From assembly GCA_965219685.1 (NCBI GenBank), contig CBDCOH010000002.1, positions 4,128,001 to 4,192,000 of the forward strand: a stretch of DNA of 64,000 nucleotides, read 5' to 3'. The DNA is from Candidatus Spongiisociaceae bacterium (GTDB lineage: Bacteria > Actinomycetota > Acidimicrobiia > Spongiisociales > Spongiisociaceae). The notes under the pieces are model-generated. The model did no database searches. It was not told the DNA's origin and saw only the letters and a program-made list of their open reading frames with translations. Positions 1 to 9,980 of the stretch are shown in pieces (position 1 is the stretch's first letter; each line of letters opens with the position of its first letter). The position numbers and the translations under genes are program-made.

Positions 1-1
1 C

Positions 2-751
2 CTCGCCCCCGAAGCCGAGACCCGAGGGTGGCTGCGGCTCGTAGAGGGTCCTAACCCCTCGCCCGCACCGCTGTCCACATGGGGTTGGAACGCCATCGAG
101 ATCTGTGTCGCCGACGTGGACGGGATGATGGAGCAGGTTTCTGCCTCACCCCATTTCAGGGTGAACGGCCTTCCGGTCGACCTGGCCATTTCCGATGACC
201 CACCGGGGCAGCGGGCCATGCAGGCTGTCGGACCCCACGGGCTCCAGACCTTCCTCACCCAGGTTCTCTACCAGATTCCCGGTATGGAGTTGCTCGTGCC
301 GCCGACCGGGGCGAAGGTAGGCGGCATATTCATCGCCGTCCTCGCCGCCCGGTCGTACGACCAGGCCATGGCGTTCTACACCGATGGTCTGGGTCTGGAG
401 ACCAAGCTGGAGTTCGAGTACAGGCCGACTGCCGCTAGGGAACACGACTGGCCGGAAGGCGACAAGATCCGCATCGCCGCCCTCAAGACGAGGGGGGTGA
501 CGCTGATCGAACTCGGAGGCTACGGGGACCACGCCGGGCCGCGGTCCACGCTTCAAGGAGAGTTACCTCCGGCGATAGGGATGGCTTCGTTCATCACCGA
601 GGATGTCGAGGGATCGGCGGCTCGGGCTGTGAGCGCCGGAGCATGCGTGGTCGCCGATGCGATGGCCGTGGCTCACCCTCCTTACGAGGGCCGGACGAGC
701 ATCCTTGTCAAGGCCCCGGGCGGAGAACTGGTCGAGCTGATCGGGTCATGA
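2..751 (+). CDS. VOC/glyoxalase-fold protein, 5'-truncated by the window edge
   Basis: Frame is open from base 2 (LAPEAETRGWLRLVEG..WNAIEICVADVD). It carries the VOC motifs 'AMAFYTDGLG' and 'APGGELVELIG' and is similar to 10634-11539. Confidence 0.7.
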   Translation, partial: LAPEAETRGWLRLVEGPNPSPAPLSTWGWNAIEICVADVDGMMEQVSASPHFRVNGLPVDLAISDDPPGQRAMQAVGPHGLQTFLTQVLYQIPGMELLVPPTGAKVGGIFIAVLAARSYDQAMAFYTDGLGLETKLEFEYRPTAAREHDWPEGDKIRIAALKTRGVTLIELGGYGDHAGPRSTLQGELPPAIGMASFITEDVEGSAARAVSAGACVVADAMAVAHPPYEGRTSILVKAPGGELVELIGS

Positions 752-780
752 TCCGGCGTACCGGCGCCGCCGCTCCACCC

Positions 781-878
781 AAACAGTGATTTATGAAGAT
801 AGTAAATAATATGCACTGACGGTAACTACCAATTACCAACTATAAACTATAGACGACCGACTAGAAATAAAGAACCAT
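781..878. repeat. AT-rich degenerate heptamer array between convergent genes
   Basis: 7-nt periodic units AACTACC/AATTACC/AACTATA/AACTATA/GACGACC/GACTAGA. Confidence 0.6.
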
Positions 879-2879
879 CTACAGCCCGAGCGTCCACCAG
901 CGCCTTCTCGGGCGGAGCCGACGGCCGATGAACCTCTCCAGGCTGGCTCTGTGCAGCACCGTCCGGTCGCCGCCGCTGGAGGCCTCGTCGATGAGGGTTG
1001 AGGGGAGGTCGTCCCAACTGAAGCCACGCCTGCCGAAGGCGTCCCGCTGTTCCCACACGACGACGTTGTCGCCCTCGATGGTCCAGCCGTTGGGCGTTTC
1101 ACCCTCCCTCCGGGCGTAGGCCGGCTCGCGGAGCAGTGATAGAACTCGCGACCTGACCCGGTCATAACGCTTGTCGGCGTAGCCCAGCCACTCCACCTCC
1201 CGGCACCAGGGCGGGGCGACACCATCGGAGGCCTCGGCCAGGATCCCGCTGAGGGTGCGCGAGGATACGGCCAGCCAGTCCTCGGGGAGCGGGTCGTCCT
1301 CAAGCCGATCCATGACCTCGGCCAGGTAGCGGCGGTAGAGGTGACCCGTCATCTCCCCGCGAATCGTCCTGACGCGGCTCTGCAGGCGCTGCCGCAGTTG
1401 TTCGTCGTGGGCCGGGAGCGCGGTCGTCGTGTAGACGGTCAGGCTTCTCTTCACGATCTCGTCGGGGAACGAATGGGGCTCTGCGTTCATCGACAGTACG
1501 AAGCCCGGGTACTCGGTCACCTGCGGCGGGTACTCGTCCTTGATCAGGTCCTTGCCGTGGGTGTTGAAGGCCCGCCGCCCTATGTCGTCGAATACCACCG
1601 GGTGCCGCTTGTAGGCGTACTGCAGGCCCCGAAGCCTGGCGGTGGTGAAGCTCCTCTTCTCGACGGTGTGGGGGCGACCGAACATCGACGCCATGAGGGT
1701 GTCCACCAGGCTGGTCTTGCCGCAGTTGGACTTGCCGAAGATGATCGCGAACGACGGGTACCTCACCACGTCGCTGTCGCGCAGGTGAGCGAGGGAGCGG
1801 AGATCGCAGATGAGGGGTGAGAAGTAGAGCCAGGCCATGAAGGTGAAGTAGTCCCGCTGGAGCATCGGCACATCTCCCTCGAAGGCGCCCTCGTAGTTTC
1901 CGAAGAACCGGAGCACCAGCCCGGAGTCGTTCTCGACCGAGGCGCTGTCCCAGTCCAGGGAGAACTTCTCATCGGACAGCACAGCCGTGCGGTTCACCCG
2001 GTCGATCGACAGGAAACGGTTGCTGGCCTCGTCGGTAGACTTGACGAGACGGATACGGCTCAACTCGCGCTTGATCTTGGGCGTGACCCGCTGCCTTCCA
2101 CCGCGCAACGGGGGTAATGCAGCGGACAGGCGAGGTCTCAGCACGCTCGCGACCTTCTCGATCCGCTCCACCTGTGCCGGCGCGGAGACTTCCGCGTCGG
2201 CGGATGCGAGCGGCTCGATGACCACGGTTGTGGAGTCGTCCGAGAGGACCGGCGCTTGGGGTACCTCGATCTCGGTGCGGACGATCCGCCGCTCGGGCAG
2301 CGGGATCTCGTCGGAACCCGAGTCGCGGATCGTGTCGAACATGCGGCCGTAGTGACGCCATGCCTGCTCGTCGTCATCGAACACCACCAGCGTCTCGGGC
2401 TGCTGTCCCCCGAATGCCCGCTCGGAGAGGTTGGCGGACCCGACGATCACACGGGTGCGGTCGCGACCGGCCAGCAGGAACAACTTGGCGTGGGCGACCG
2501 AGTTGCGCAGCACGCGGAAGGCTGCCTGCCCGGCTGTGACCTTCGCCAGGATACGATGGTGCCGGTCGTCCTTCAGCCCCATGATCGCGGCGCGCGTCCC
2601 TTCGGCTGCGACCTTCTGGAAGGCGAGCACATCGACCATGTTCCCGAGCGTCGCCTCGGACCCGAATACGCACTCGAACCGCTCGAAGGAGAAGTCGTCC
2701 AACATCCTGACGATCGCTCCGGCACTGGCCGAGTAGGTAAGCACTCTCAGGCTGTCGAAGCCCTCGAACAGGGCCCAGTCGAACTTCTGCTCCTCGAGGT
2801 ACCTGGCTCTGACAACCCGGAGCCCGGTGCCGTCATCCAACCCCAGGGTCAACGTCGATGCTTGTTCCGGCTTCGGCAC
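879..2879 (-). CDS. PLD-family (NgoFVII-like) nuclease fused to a P-loop NTPase
   Basis: HxK-type motif 'HAKLFLL..VIVGSANLS', Walker A 'GKSNCGKTS', Walker B 'VVFDD'. Confidence 0.75.
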   Translation of the reverse strand: MPKPEQASTLTLGLDDGTGLRVVRARYLEEQKFDWALFEGFDSLRVLTYSASAGAIVRMLDDFSFERFECVFGSEATLGNMVDVLAFQKVAAEGTRAAIMGLKDDRHHRILAKVTAGQAAFRVLRNSVAHAKLFLLAGRDRTRVIVGSANLSERAFGGQQPETLVVFDDDEQAWRHYGRMFDTIRDSGSDEIPLPERRIVRTEIEVPQAPVLSDDSTTVVIEPLASADAEVSAPAQVERIEKVASVLRPRLSAALPPLRGGRQRVTPKIKRELSRIRLVKSTDEASNRFLSIDRVNRTAVLSDEKFSLDWDSASVENDSGLVLRFFGNYEGAFEGDVPMLQRDYFTFMAWLYFSPLICDLRSLAHLRDSDVVRYPSFAIIFGKSNCGKTSLVDTLMASMFGRPHTVEKRSFTTARLRGLQYAYKRHPVVFDDIGRRAFNTHGKDLIKDEYPPQVTEYPGFVLSMNAEPHSFPDEIVKRSLTVYTTTALPAHDEQLRQRLQSRVRTIRGEMTGHLYRRYLAEVMDRLEDDPLPEDWLAVSSRTLSGILAEASDGVAPPWCREVEWLGYADKRYDRVRSRVLSLLREPAYARREGETPNGWTIEGDNVVVWEQRDAFGRRGFSWDDLPSTLIDEASSGGDRTVLHRASLERFIGRRLRPRRRWWTLGL

Positions 2880-3007
2880 CAGCCAGGAGTCCTTTCCGCT
2901 CGGCGCCCCGGACGATATCAGCGGCGGATGGCACCCCGGCTCCTGATGTCGAGGTTCGGATCCCCGGTCCGCGGTCGAGACTCACACGCCAAACGGCCTC
3001 GGCCGGG

Positions 3008-4240
3008 TCAGGGCGCGGTGGCCTGGGCCGCTGCCACCTCCTCGGGTGTGAGGCCCAGCAAACCATGGAGGATCTCCTGGTTGTGCTGGCCCAACTCCGG
3101 TCCCAGCCACCGGATCTCCCCGGGGGTCTCCGAGAGCTTGGGCGCAACGTTCTGGATCCGGAAGTCTCCGAACTCCGGATGGAGGAGCGTGACGATCGCC
3201 TCGCGGGCTGCGAAGTGAGGATCCCGGAGCATCTCGGGCGCCCGGTAGATGCGGCCCGCCGGTACGCCTCCCTCGTCGAGGAGGTCCACCAGGGGCTGCG
3301 CCTCGATGGTGCTGGTCCACGCAGCGATCTTCTCGTCGAGTTCGGCCTGGTTGGCGCCGCGGGCGGCGTGGTTGTCGAAACGAGGGTCGGCGGCGAGATC
3401 CCTCCTGCCCATCAGCCCGGCGAGTCGGGCGAAGACCGTGTCCTGGTTGGCCGCGATCAGAACCATCGCTCCGTCGCTGGTCGGATACACGTTCGAGGGC
3501 GCCACGTTGGGGAGGATGGGCCCGCTCCGCTCGCGTATGTAGCCGCCGATGTCGAACTCGGGGATCAGCGACTCCATGTATGTGAGGACCGCCTCGTAGA
3601 TGGCCGTGTCCACCACCTGGCCCCGGCCTGAGCGCCGGCGGTGGTGGAGAGCCACCATCCCGCCGAGGGCGCTCAGCGATCCGGCGAGGGCGTCCCCGAT
3701 GCTGATACCCACCCGGCTGGGCGGGGTTTCCGGATCGCCGGTGATGTAGCGGAGGCCGCCCATGGCCTCACCGATGGCTCCGTAGCCGGCCTTCTGGGAG
3801 TCGGGCCCGGTCTGGCCGAATCCGGTGACGCGGATCAGGACGATCCCGGGATTCACCTCGGCCAGCCGGTCGTAGCCGAGGTTCCACCTCTCCAGGGTTC
3901 CCGGCCGGAAGTTCTCCACCACTACATCACTGCGCGCGATGAGGTCGCGGGCCACCTGCTGCCCGGCTCCGGTCCTCAGGTTCAGCGTCACGGACTTCTT
4001 GTTCCGGGCGATCACCGGGAACCAGAGGGATCGGCCGTAGGGCCTTTCCCGGCCCCACAGGCGCATGGGGTCACCCCGCGTGGGCTCCTCGATCTTGATG
4101 ACTTCGGCGCCGAAGTCCCCGAGCAACTGAGCGCAGAAAGGCCCGGCCAGCAATTGGCCCATCTCGATCACCCGGATGTCGTTGAGAGGCAGCTGCGTCA
4201 GGTGAACCTCCTCGGGGCTGGTTCCGGGGAGTGTAAGCAC
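3008..4240 (-). CDS. CaiB/BaiF family (class III) CoA transferase
   Basis: 'LAGPFCAQLLGDFGAEVIKIE', 'RNKKSVTLNL', 'VVVENFRPG'. Confidence 0.95.
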   Translation of the reverse strand: MLTLPGTSPEEVHLTQLPLNDIRVIEMGQLLAGPFCAQLLGDFGAEVIKIEEPTRGDPMRLWGRERPYGRSLWFPVIARNKKSVTLNLRTGAGQQVARDLIARSDVVVENFRPGTLERWNLGYDRLAEVNPGIVLIRVTGFGQTGPDSQKAGYGAIGEAMGGLRYITGDPETPPSRVGISIGDALAGSLSALGGMVALHHRRRSGRGQVVDTAIYEAVLTYMESLIPEFDIGGYIRERSGPILPNVAPSNVYPTSDGAMVLIAANQDTVFARLAGLMGRRDLAADPRFDNHAARGANQAELDEKIAAWTSTIEAQPLVDLLDEGGVPAGRIYRAPEMLRDPHFAAREAIVTLLHPEFGDFRIQNVAPKLSETPGEIRWLGPELGQHNQEILHGLLGLTPEEVAAAQATAP

Positions 4241-4284
4241 CGGACTTCCGGTTATGGTGACCGAAGAAGCCCCGGGGAGCGAGG

Positions 4285-5202
4285 GTGGTCACAGCCAGCG
4301 TCGAGATCGTCGAAGTAGGCCCGCGTGACGGCCTGCAGAACGAGGATGTGCTGGTCGCCACCGACACGAAGGTGGAACTGATCGAGCGGCTCGTGGCCGC
4401 CGGACTCAGGCGGATCGAGGCGGTGAGCTTCGTCCATCCCCGCCTGGTGCCGCAGATGGCCGACGCCGAGGCGGTCATGGCGGCCCTTCCCGATACGGAC
4501 GGGGTCTCCTACATTGGGCTGGCCCTCAACGAACGGGGTGTGAACCGTGCGCTGGACGCCGGGGTCGACGAGGTCAACTTCGTGGTTGTGGCCACCGACG
4601 CCTTCAGCATGCGGAACCAGGGGTCCACCACCGCCGAGTCCATAGAGACCTGGGAGCGGGTGATGTCCCTGGGCTACAGCGCCGGCAGACGGTTCGGCGT
4701 GACGGTGGGCGCCGCATTCGGATGCCCGTTCGAGGGGGAGGTTCCCGTCGACCGGGTCGTGGAGGTCGCGGCCCGGGTGGTGGACGCAGGCGCCGCCGAG
4801 GTAACGCTGGCCGACACGATCGGGGTCGCCTCGCCTGGTGATGTAGCCGTGCGATTCGGAGCCGTGCGGGAGGCGGTCGGGCCCATTCCGCTCCGTTGCC
4901 ACTTCCACAACACCCGCAACACGGGGCTCGCCAACGCCTTCGCGGCCACATCGGCGGGGGTGAGGAGCTTCGACGCCTCGATCGGAGGCCTCGGAGGCTG
5001 CCCGTTCGCTCCCGACGCCACCGGCAACATACCCACCGAGGACCTCGTGTACATGCTGCAGCGAATGGACCGTGCCGCCGGACTGTCTCTCCCCACGCTC
5101 ATCCGTACCGCGCAGTGGTTGGAGCGCAGCATCGGAACGCGGCTCCCGGGCATGCTGATGCGAGCCGGGACGTTCCCGGCGGTGGCCGGGAGGGCCTCTT
5201 GA
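4285..5202 (+). CDS. Hydroxymethylglutaryl-CoA lyase family protein
   Basis: 'EVGPRDGLQNE', 'HFHNT', 'GGLGGCPFAP..GNIPTEDL'. Confidence 0.93.
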   Translation: MVTASVEIVEVGPRDGLQNEDVLVATDTKVELIERLVAAGLRRIEAVSFVHPRLVPQMADAEAVMAALPDTDGVSYIGLALNERGVNRALDAGVDEVNFVVVATDAFSMRNQGSTTAESIETWERVMSLGYSAGRRFGVTVGAAFGCPFEGEVPVDRVVEVAARVVDAGAAEVTLADTIGVASPGDVAVRFGAVREAVGPIPLRCHFHNTRNTGLANAFAATSAGVRSFDASIGGLGGCPFAPDATGNIPTEDLVYMLQRMDRAAGLSLPTLIRTAQWLERSIGTRLPGMLMRAGTFPAVAGRAS

Positions 5203-6092
5203 AGCCGGCCGATTTCGACTACCTCGCGCCCGGCAACCTCGATGCCGCGCTGGAGATTGTGGCGTCCAGCCCCTCGGATACACGGATTCTGGCCGGCGGC
5301 CAGAGCCTCCTCCCGCTGATGAAGGCCCGCTTGGTCAGACCCTCGGCGGTGGTCGACCTCGGTCGGATACAGGGCCTCGATCACATCGAGTTGCACAACG
5401 GCGCCCTGCGGCTCGGCGCCATGACCAGCCAGTCCAGGGCCCTCGGATCCGAGACCGTGAGAACTCGCGTACCCCTCCTGGCGAGGGCTTTGCGTCTTGT
5501 GGGCAGTCCGGCTATCCGCAGCCGCGGCACCGTAGGGGGCAGCGCCGCACACGCGGATCCGGCCGCAGAGATCCCTGCGGTGCTGATCGCCCTGGACGCG
5601 ACCCTCGTGGCCGCCGGTCCCGCCCGGACCAGGGAGATACCGGCCGCGAGCTTCTACAGGTACGCCTACGAGACCTCCCTCGCGGACGGCGAGCTGGTCA
5701 CCCGCCTGGACATCCCGTTAGGGAAACACGATGGGGACACCGGCGTGTCGTTCCACGAGGTCGCCATACCCAGCCACAACTTCGCCCTGGCCGGCGCAGC
5801 GGTCAGAGTGACCGTCGACGGTGGAGCGATGAGGGATGTACGCATCGGTCTCTGCGGGCTCGGGCCGACACCCCTGCGCGCTCGCGAGGCGGAGGCTCTG
5901 GCCGAGGGATCCACACCTACTCGCGGAGTCATCGATCGCATCGCCCGCGCTGCGACCTCGGTGATCGATCCGGTGGACGATGTCCTCGCCTCGGCCTCCT
6001 ACCGCCGGGACCTGGCCCCGGTCGTGGTCAGGCGCGCTCTGGTCGAAGCCCTGGCCGATACCGGGAGCCTCCGGGAGGGAGTGCTGCGATGA
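5199..6092 (+). CDS. Molybdenum hydroxylase FAD-binding subunit (CoxM/XdhB-like)
   Basis: TTG start overlapping the upstream stop; 'KPADFDYLAP', 'LAGGQSLLP', 'RSRGTVGGS..ADPAAE'. Confidence 0.9.
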   Translation: MKPADFDYLAPGNLDAALEIVASSPSDTRILAGGQSLLPLMKARLVRPSAVVDLGRIQGLDHIELHNGALRLGAMTSQSRALGSETVRTRVPLLARALRLVGSPAIRSRGTVGGSAAHADPAAEIPAVLIALDATLVAAGPARTREIPAASFYRYAYETSLADGELVTRLDIPLGKHDGDTGVSFHEVAIPSHNFALAGAAVRVTVDGGAMRDVRIGLCGLGPTPLRAREAEALAEGSTPTRGVIDRIARAATSVIDPVDDVLASASYRRDLAPVVVRRALVEALADTGSLREGVLR

Positions 6093-6604
6093 GCCGGGTC
6101 CACGAGGTCTCGATCATGGTCAACGGCGTCCGGGAGACAGCCGTCGTGTCCTCGAGGGCCACGCTGGCCGACCACATCCGTCACGGGCTCGGTCTCACGG
6201 GTACCCACGTCGGCTGCGACGAGGGCGTATGCGGGGCCTGCACGGTGCTGCTCGACGGGGAGCCGGTCCGGTCCTGTCTCGTCCTGGCGGTCCAAGCCAC
6301 CGGCCGCCGGGTGGAAACGGTCGAGGGTCTGGCGCCCGGCCGCGCCTCCCTCCATCCCCTGCAGGAGGCGTTCCGCACCGCGCACGGACTCCAGTGCGGG
6401 TTCTGCACGCCGGGCATGCTGATGAGCGCCACCGCGCTCCTGGAACGCCACCCGGATCCGGACGAGGACCTGATCCGCGAGGCGATGGCGGGCAACCTGT
6501 GCCGGTGCACCGGCTACCAGCAGATTATCGACGCGATCCGCCTCGGCGCCGAACTTCTGGCCCGACCGGATCGTGATCGGGGAGGGGAGAAGGGGAAGAC
6601 ATGA
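6089..6604 (+). CDS. Molybdenum hydroxylase 2x[2Fe-2S] subunit (CoxS-like)
   Basis: 'GCDEGVCGACTV', 'QCGFCTPG', 'NLCRCTGY'. Confidence 0.95.
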   Translation: MSRVHEVSIMVNGVRETAVVSSRATLADHIRHGLGLTGTHVGCDEGVCGACTVLLDGEPVRSCLVLAVQATGRRVETVEGLAPGRASLHPLQEAFRTAHGLQCGFCTPGMLMSATALLERHPDPDEDLIREAMAGNLCRCTGYQQIIDAIRLGAELLARPDRDRGGEKGKT

Positions 6605-9030
6605 CCATCCCCGCCTCCGCGCCTCCCGGCGGTCCCGGGTTCGCTACTGTCGAGTCGGCCCGGTTCGTCCGCGGGGACGGCGCCTTCATCGACGACTTCG
6701 ACGCCCGGGGCATGCTGCACATGGCTCTGGTCCGGAGCCCGTTCGCCCACGCCAGGATCACCGGGATCGACGCCGCCGAGGCACGAGAGATGCCGGGGGT
6801 CCACGGTGTCATCACGGCACATGAAGTTGCGGAGCGGACCCGTCCGATCTTCACGCTCGCAGACGTGGCCGATCCGCCCCTGCCCATCCCCATGTACGCG
6901 CTGGCGGCGGGAAAAGTACGACATGCGGGCGAGGCGGTGGCGGCGGTGGTCGCCACCAGCCGGGACCTGGCCGAGGACGCCTGCCGCCGGGTAGTGGTCG
7001 ACTACGAGCCGCTCGAGCCCGTCCCGACCGTCGAGGCGGCCACCGCCGACGGTGCAACGCTGATCCACGAGGGCCTCGGCTCGAACGTGGCCATGCGGCG
7101 CAGGATCGATTGGGGCGACCCCGGAGCCGCCTTCGACGACGCTGTTCACGTCGTGCGCCGCACCATGCACTGGGGCCGCCACAGTGGAGCGGCGCTCGAC
7201 CCGTTCGGGGTCGTGGCGGCGTTCAACCCGGGACGGGGCGAACTCACCTACTGGAGCAACTCGCAGAGCAATGCGCTGCTCTGGACGCTGGGGGACACGC
7301 TCGGGCTCCCCACCCACAAGGTGCAGGGGGTTCCGCGGGACGTCGGAGGCGCATTCGGGGGGAAGTTCTGGGTGCCCCGCAACATGGTGCTGGTGGGGAT
7401 GTTCGCGATGGACACCGGCCGCCACGTCAAGTACGTCGAGGATCGCTGGGAGAACCTGATCGTGGGTGACAACCACGGCGAGGACCGCTACTACGACGCC
7501 GGACTGGCGCTGGACGGAGACGGTCGCATGCTCGGGATGACCCTGCGGGTGGTCGAGGACTACGGCGCCTACTTCCTGCTCGGTCCCGCCGCCAACTCCA
7601 GCCCACTGGCCCAGGCCACCGGGCCGTACCGTATCCCGTCGATAGGGGTGGACTTCACCGCCGTCCTCACCAACAAGACCAACCAGGGCGCCTACCGGGG
7701 CCTCGGCGCCTCGCCGATGACGATGATCCTGGAGCGTCTGGTGGACGCAGCCGCCGACCGGCTCGGTCTGCCGCGCGAAGAGATCCGCCGACGCAACTTC
7801 ATCCATCCGGACGAGTTCCCCTTCAAGACCCCCGTTGGCAATGTCTACGACTCGGGCGACTACCCGGCCGCCCTCGAACACGCTCTCGAGTTCGGGCGGG
7901 TGGAGGAGTGGCGTCGGCGCCAGGAGGAGGCTCGACTCCAGGGCAGGTACATCGGCGTCGGCCTGGCCACCGCCCAGGAGCGGAGCGTCCCGAGCATGAC
8001 CGAGCTCTGGGTTCTGTTCGAGAGTCCGGGAAGGCGCCCGACCACCTCGGCCGAGACGGTCACCTGCCGCATCGACTCCCACGCCCACCTGTCGATCCTC
8101 CTCCACTCTCCCTCGCTGGGGACCTCGCCGGAGACGGTGGCCGTGATGGTGGCCTCGGAGGAGTTGGGCATCGACCCTGCACACATCGTCGTGGATCGCC
8201 TTACCACCAGGGCGGCCGGCCCGGCAATGGGTCCGGCCGGGAGCCGCATGACGGTGATGACCTCCGGCGCGCTGAACGGCGCTCTGTCGGAGATAAAGGA
8301 GAAGCTGGTCCGCATCGCCGCGCACCTCCTCGAAGCGGCGCCCGAGGATGTCGTGTACGACCCGGATACGCCCGGGTGCCACGTGCGCGGTGCGCCCGGG
8401 CCGGTCAAGACCTTCGCCGAGTTGGCCCTGGTCGCCAATACCGCCAGCCTCCTGCTGCCACCCGGCGAGTCGAGCGGGCTCGAGGCGACCCATACCTACG
8501 ACCACCCGCTGGCCACCATGCCCGGTCCCGACGGCGACTGGGGGAGTTTCAACCCGATCATGGGACACTCGGTACACATCCCGGTGGTGGAGGTCGACAT
8601 CGAGACCGGTCTCGTGAGCTTCCTCGACTACGCGGTGGTGCACGACTGCGGAACGGTGCTGAACCCGCCGGCGGTGCGGGGCCAGATCCTCGGCGGGATA
8701 TGCCAGGGGATAGGAAGCGCCCTGTACGAGGAGTTCGTCTACGACGAGTCGGCCACCCCGCTCAACGGAAGCTTCGCCACCTACCTCATGCCCACCTTCG
8801 CGGAGATGCCCAGGGTCCGGATCGAGCACCTGGTGACGCCGTCGCCCTTCACCTACAAGGGAATGAAGGGAACGGGCGAAGGGGGGCGCATCGGCGCGCC
8901 TGCGGCCATCGCCTCGGCCATCGAGGATGCCCTGGCGCCCCTCGGCGTGGTGGTCGACCAGGTGCCTATGACTTCGGAGAGGCTGCTCGGGCGCATCAAG
9001 GAGGCCCGGCAGCGGATAGGAGGAGGTTGA
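6601..9030 (+). CDS. Xanthine-dehydrogenase-family molybdopterin large subunit (substrate unknown)
   Basis: 'VGGAFGGK', 'AYRGLG', 'HDCGTVLNP..VRGQ..GG..QGIG', 'KGTGEGG'. Confidence 0.93.
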   Translation: MTIPASAPPGGPGFATVESARFVRGDGAFIDDFDARGMLHMALVRSPFAHARITGIDAAEAREMPGVHGVITAHEVAERTRPIFTLADVADPPLPIPMYALAAGKVRHAGEAVAAVVATSRDLAEDACRRVVVDYEPLEPVPTVEAATADGATLIHEGLGSNVAMRRRIDWGDPGAAFDDAVHVVRRTMHWGRHSGAALDPFGVVAAFNPGRGELTYWSNSQSNALLWTLGDTLGLPTHKVQGVPRDVGGAFGGKFWVPRNMVLVGMFAMDTGRHVKYVEDRWENLIVGDNHGEDRYYDAGLALDGDGRMLGMTLRVVEDYGAYFLLGPAANSSPLAQATGPYRIPSIGVDFTAVLTNKTNQGAYRGLGASPMTMILERLVDAAADRLGLPREEIRRRNFIHPDEFPFKTPVGNVYDSGDYPAALEHALEFGRVEEWRRRQEEARLQGRYIGVGLATAQERSVPSMTELWVLFESPGRRPTTSAETVTCRIDSHAHLSILLHSPSLGTSPETVAVMVASEELGIDPAHIVVDRLTTRAAGPAMGPAGSRMTVMTSGALNGALSEIKEKLVRIAAHLLEAAPEDVVYDPDTPGCHVRGAPGPVKTFAELALVANTASLLLPPGESSGLEATHTYDHPLATMPGPDGDWGSFNPIMGHSVHIPVVEVDIETGLVSFLDYAVVHDCGTVLNPPAVRGQILGGICQGIGSALYEEFVYDESATPLNGSFATYLMPTFAEMPRVRIEHLVTPSPFTYKGMKGTGEGGRIGAPAAIASAIEDALAPLGVVVDQVPMTSERLLGRIKEARQRIGGG

Positions 9031-9773
9031 TGCCAGACGTTGTCGGATACCGGGCCAAGTTCGGGGTGATCGTGCCGTCCACCAACACGGTTGTCGAGCA
9101 CGACTTCAACATGATCGGGCCGCGCGGTGTCACGTTCCACACCGGCCGCATGTACATCGAGGTTCCCACCCTCGACTCCGACGAGACGTTCCTGGCTCTG
9201 ATCGGCCAGATTCGCGACTCGATCTCGGTGGCGGTCCGGGACGTGCTCACCTGCCGTCCCGACTACATGGTGATGGGGATGTCGGCGGAGACCTTCTGGA
9301 ACGGGGTGGAGGGCAACCGGCGTTTCGAGGCCCGCATCAGGGACGCCACCGGCCTGGAGTTGAGCACGGGGGCCACCAGTTGCCGGACCGCTCTGGAACT
9401 GCTGGGAGTCGAGCGGATCGCCGTCCTCACCCCCTACCAGCCGGTCGCCGACCGGGAGGTGGCCCGGTTTTTCGCCGAGGCCGGATTCTCGGTGAGGAGG
9501 GCGGAGGGCCTCAAGTGCCCGACGGCCACTTCCATCGCCGAGGTCACGCGGCCCAGGCTGATCGACGTGTTGCGGGACCTTGACGGAGAGGATGTGGACG
9601 CCATCGTCCAGGCGGGCACCAACCTGTCGATGGTGCGCCTGGCCGCCGAGGCCGAGGAATGGCTGGGCAAGCCGGTCATCGCCATCAATGCCGCCACCCT
9701 CTGGCACGCCCTGCGGACGAACGGGTTCGACGACCGCTTCGAGGGGTTCGGTTCGCTACTCGCCGAGCACTAG
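9030..9773 (+). CDS. Maleate isomerase / arylmalonate decarboxylase-like (Asp/Glu racemase superfamily) protein
   Basis: AGGAGG RBS and ATG overlapping the upstream stop; 'GVIVPSTNTVVE', 'RIAVLTPY', 'LGKPVIAINAA'. Confidence 0.85.
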   Translation: MPDVVGYRAKFGVIVPSTNTVVEHDFNMIGPRGVTFHTGRMYIEVPTLDSDETFLALIGQIRDSISVAVRDVLTCRPDYMVMGMSAETFWNGVEGNRRFEARIRDATGLELSTGATSCRTALELLGVERIAVLTPYQPVADREVARFFAEAGFSVRRAEGLKCPTATSIAEVTRPRLIDVLRDLDGEDVDAIVQAGTNLSMVRLAAEAEEWLGKPVIAINAATLWHALRTNGFDDRFEGFGSLLAEH

Positions 9774-9782
9774 GTTGGTGAT

Positions 9783-9884
9783 TGGTGAATGGTGAATGGT
9801 GGTGACTCTGGAGGGTACTCGACTGCCGTGCCAGGACCGACCACGATGAGCCAGGTGTCGTAACCGTTTACGGGCAACTGGCAA
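9783..9884. repeat. Dispersed composite element, copy A (TGGTGAA array + ~52-bp core + TGGCAAC units)
   Basis: Core 9801-9852 matches 41468-41518 at 44 of 52 positions by hand alignment. Confidence 0.8.
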
Positions 9885-9980
9885 GTTGGTGGCGTGCGTT
9901 ACCCCCGGATATCGCGGCCATACGGAAAGAGATTCGGGCTACGCTGGACTTTGGCGGCGGGTTGGCGGAACGGAGGCCCA

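Noticed and set aside
6514-8829. Long antisense ORF (771 aa) and similar shadow ORFs (e.g. 17690-19807, 13749-15137)
   Set aside because: They overlap well-supported genes, have no motifs, and are expected in high-GC DNA
6601-9030. Aerobic CO dehydrogenase (coxL)
   Set aside because: Active-site loop is AYRGLG, not form I AYxCSFR or form II AYxGAGR
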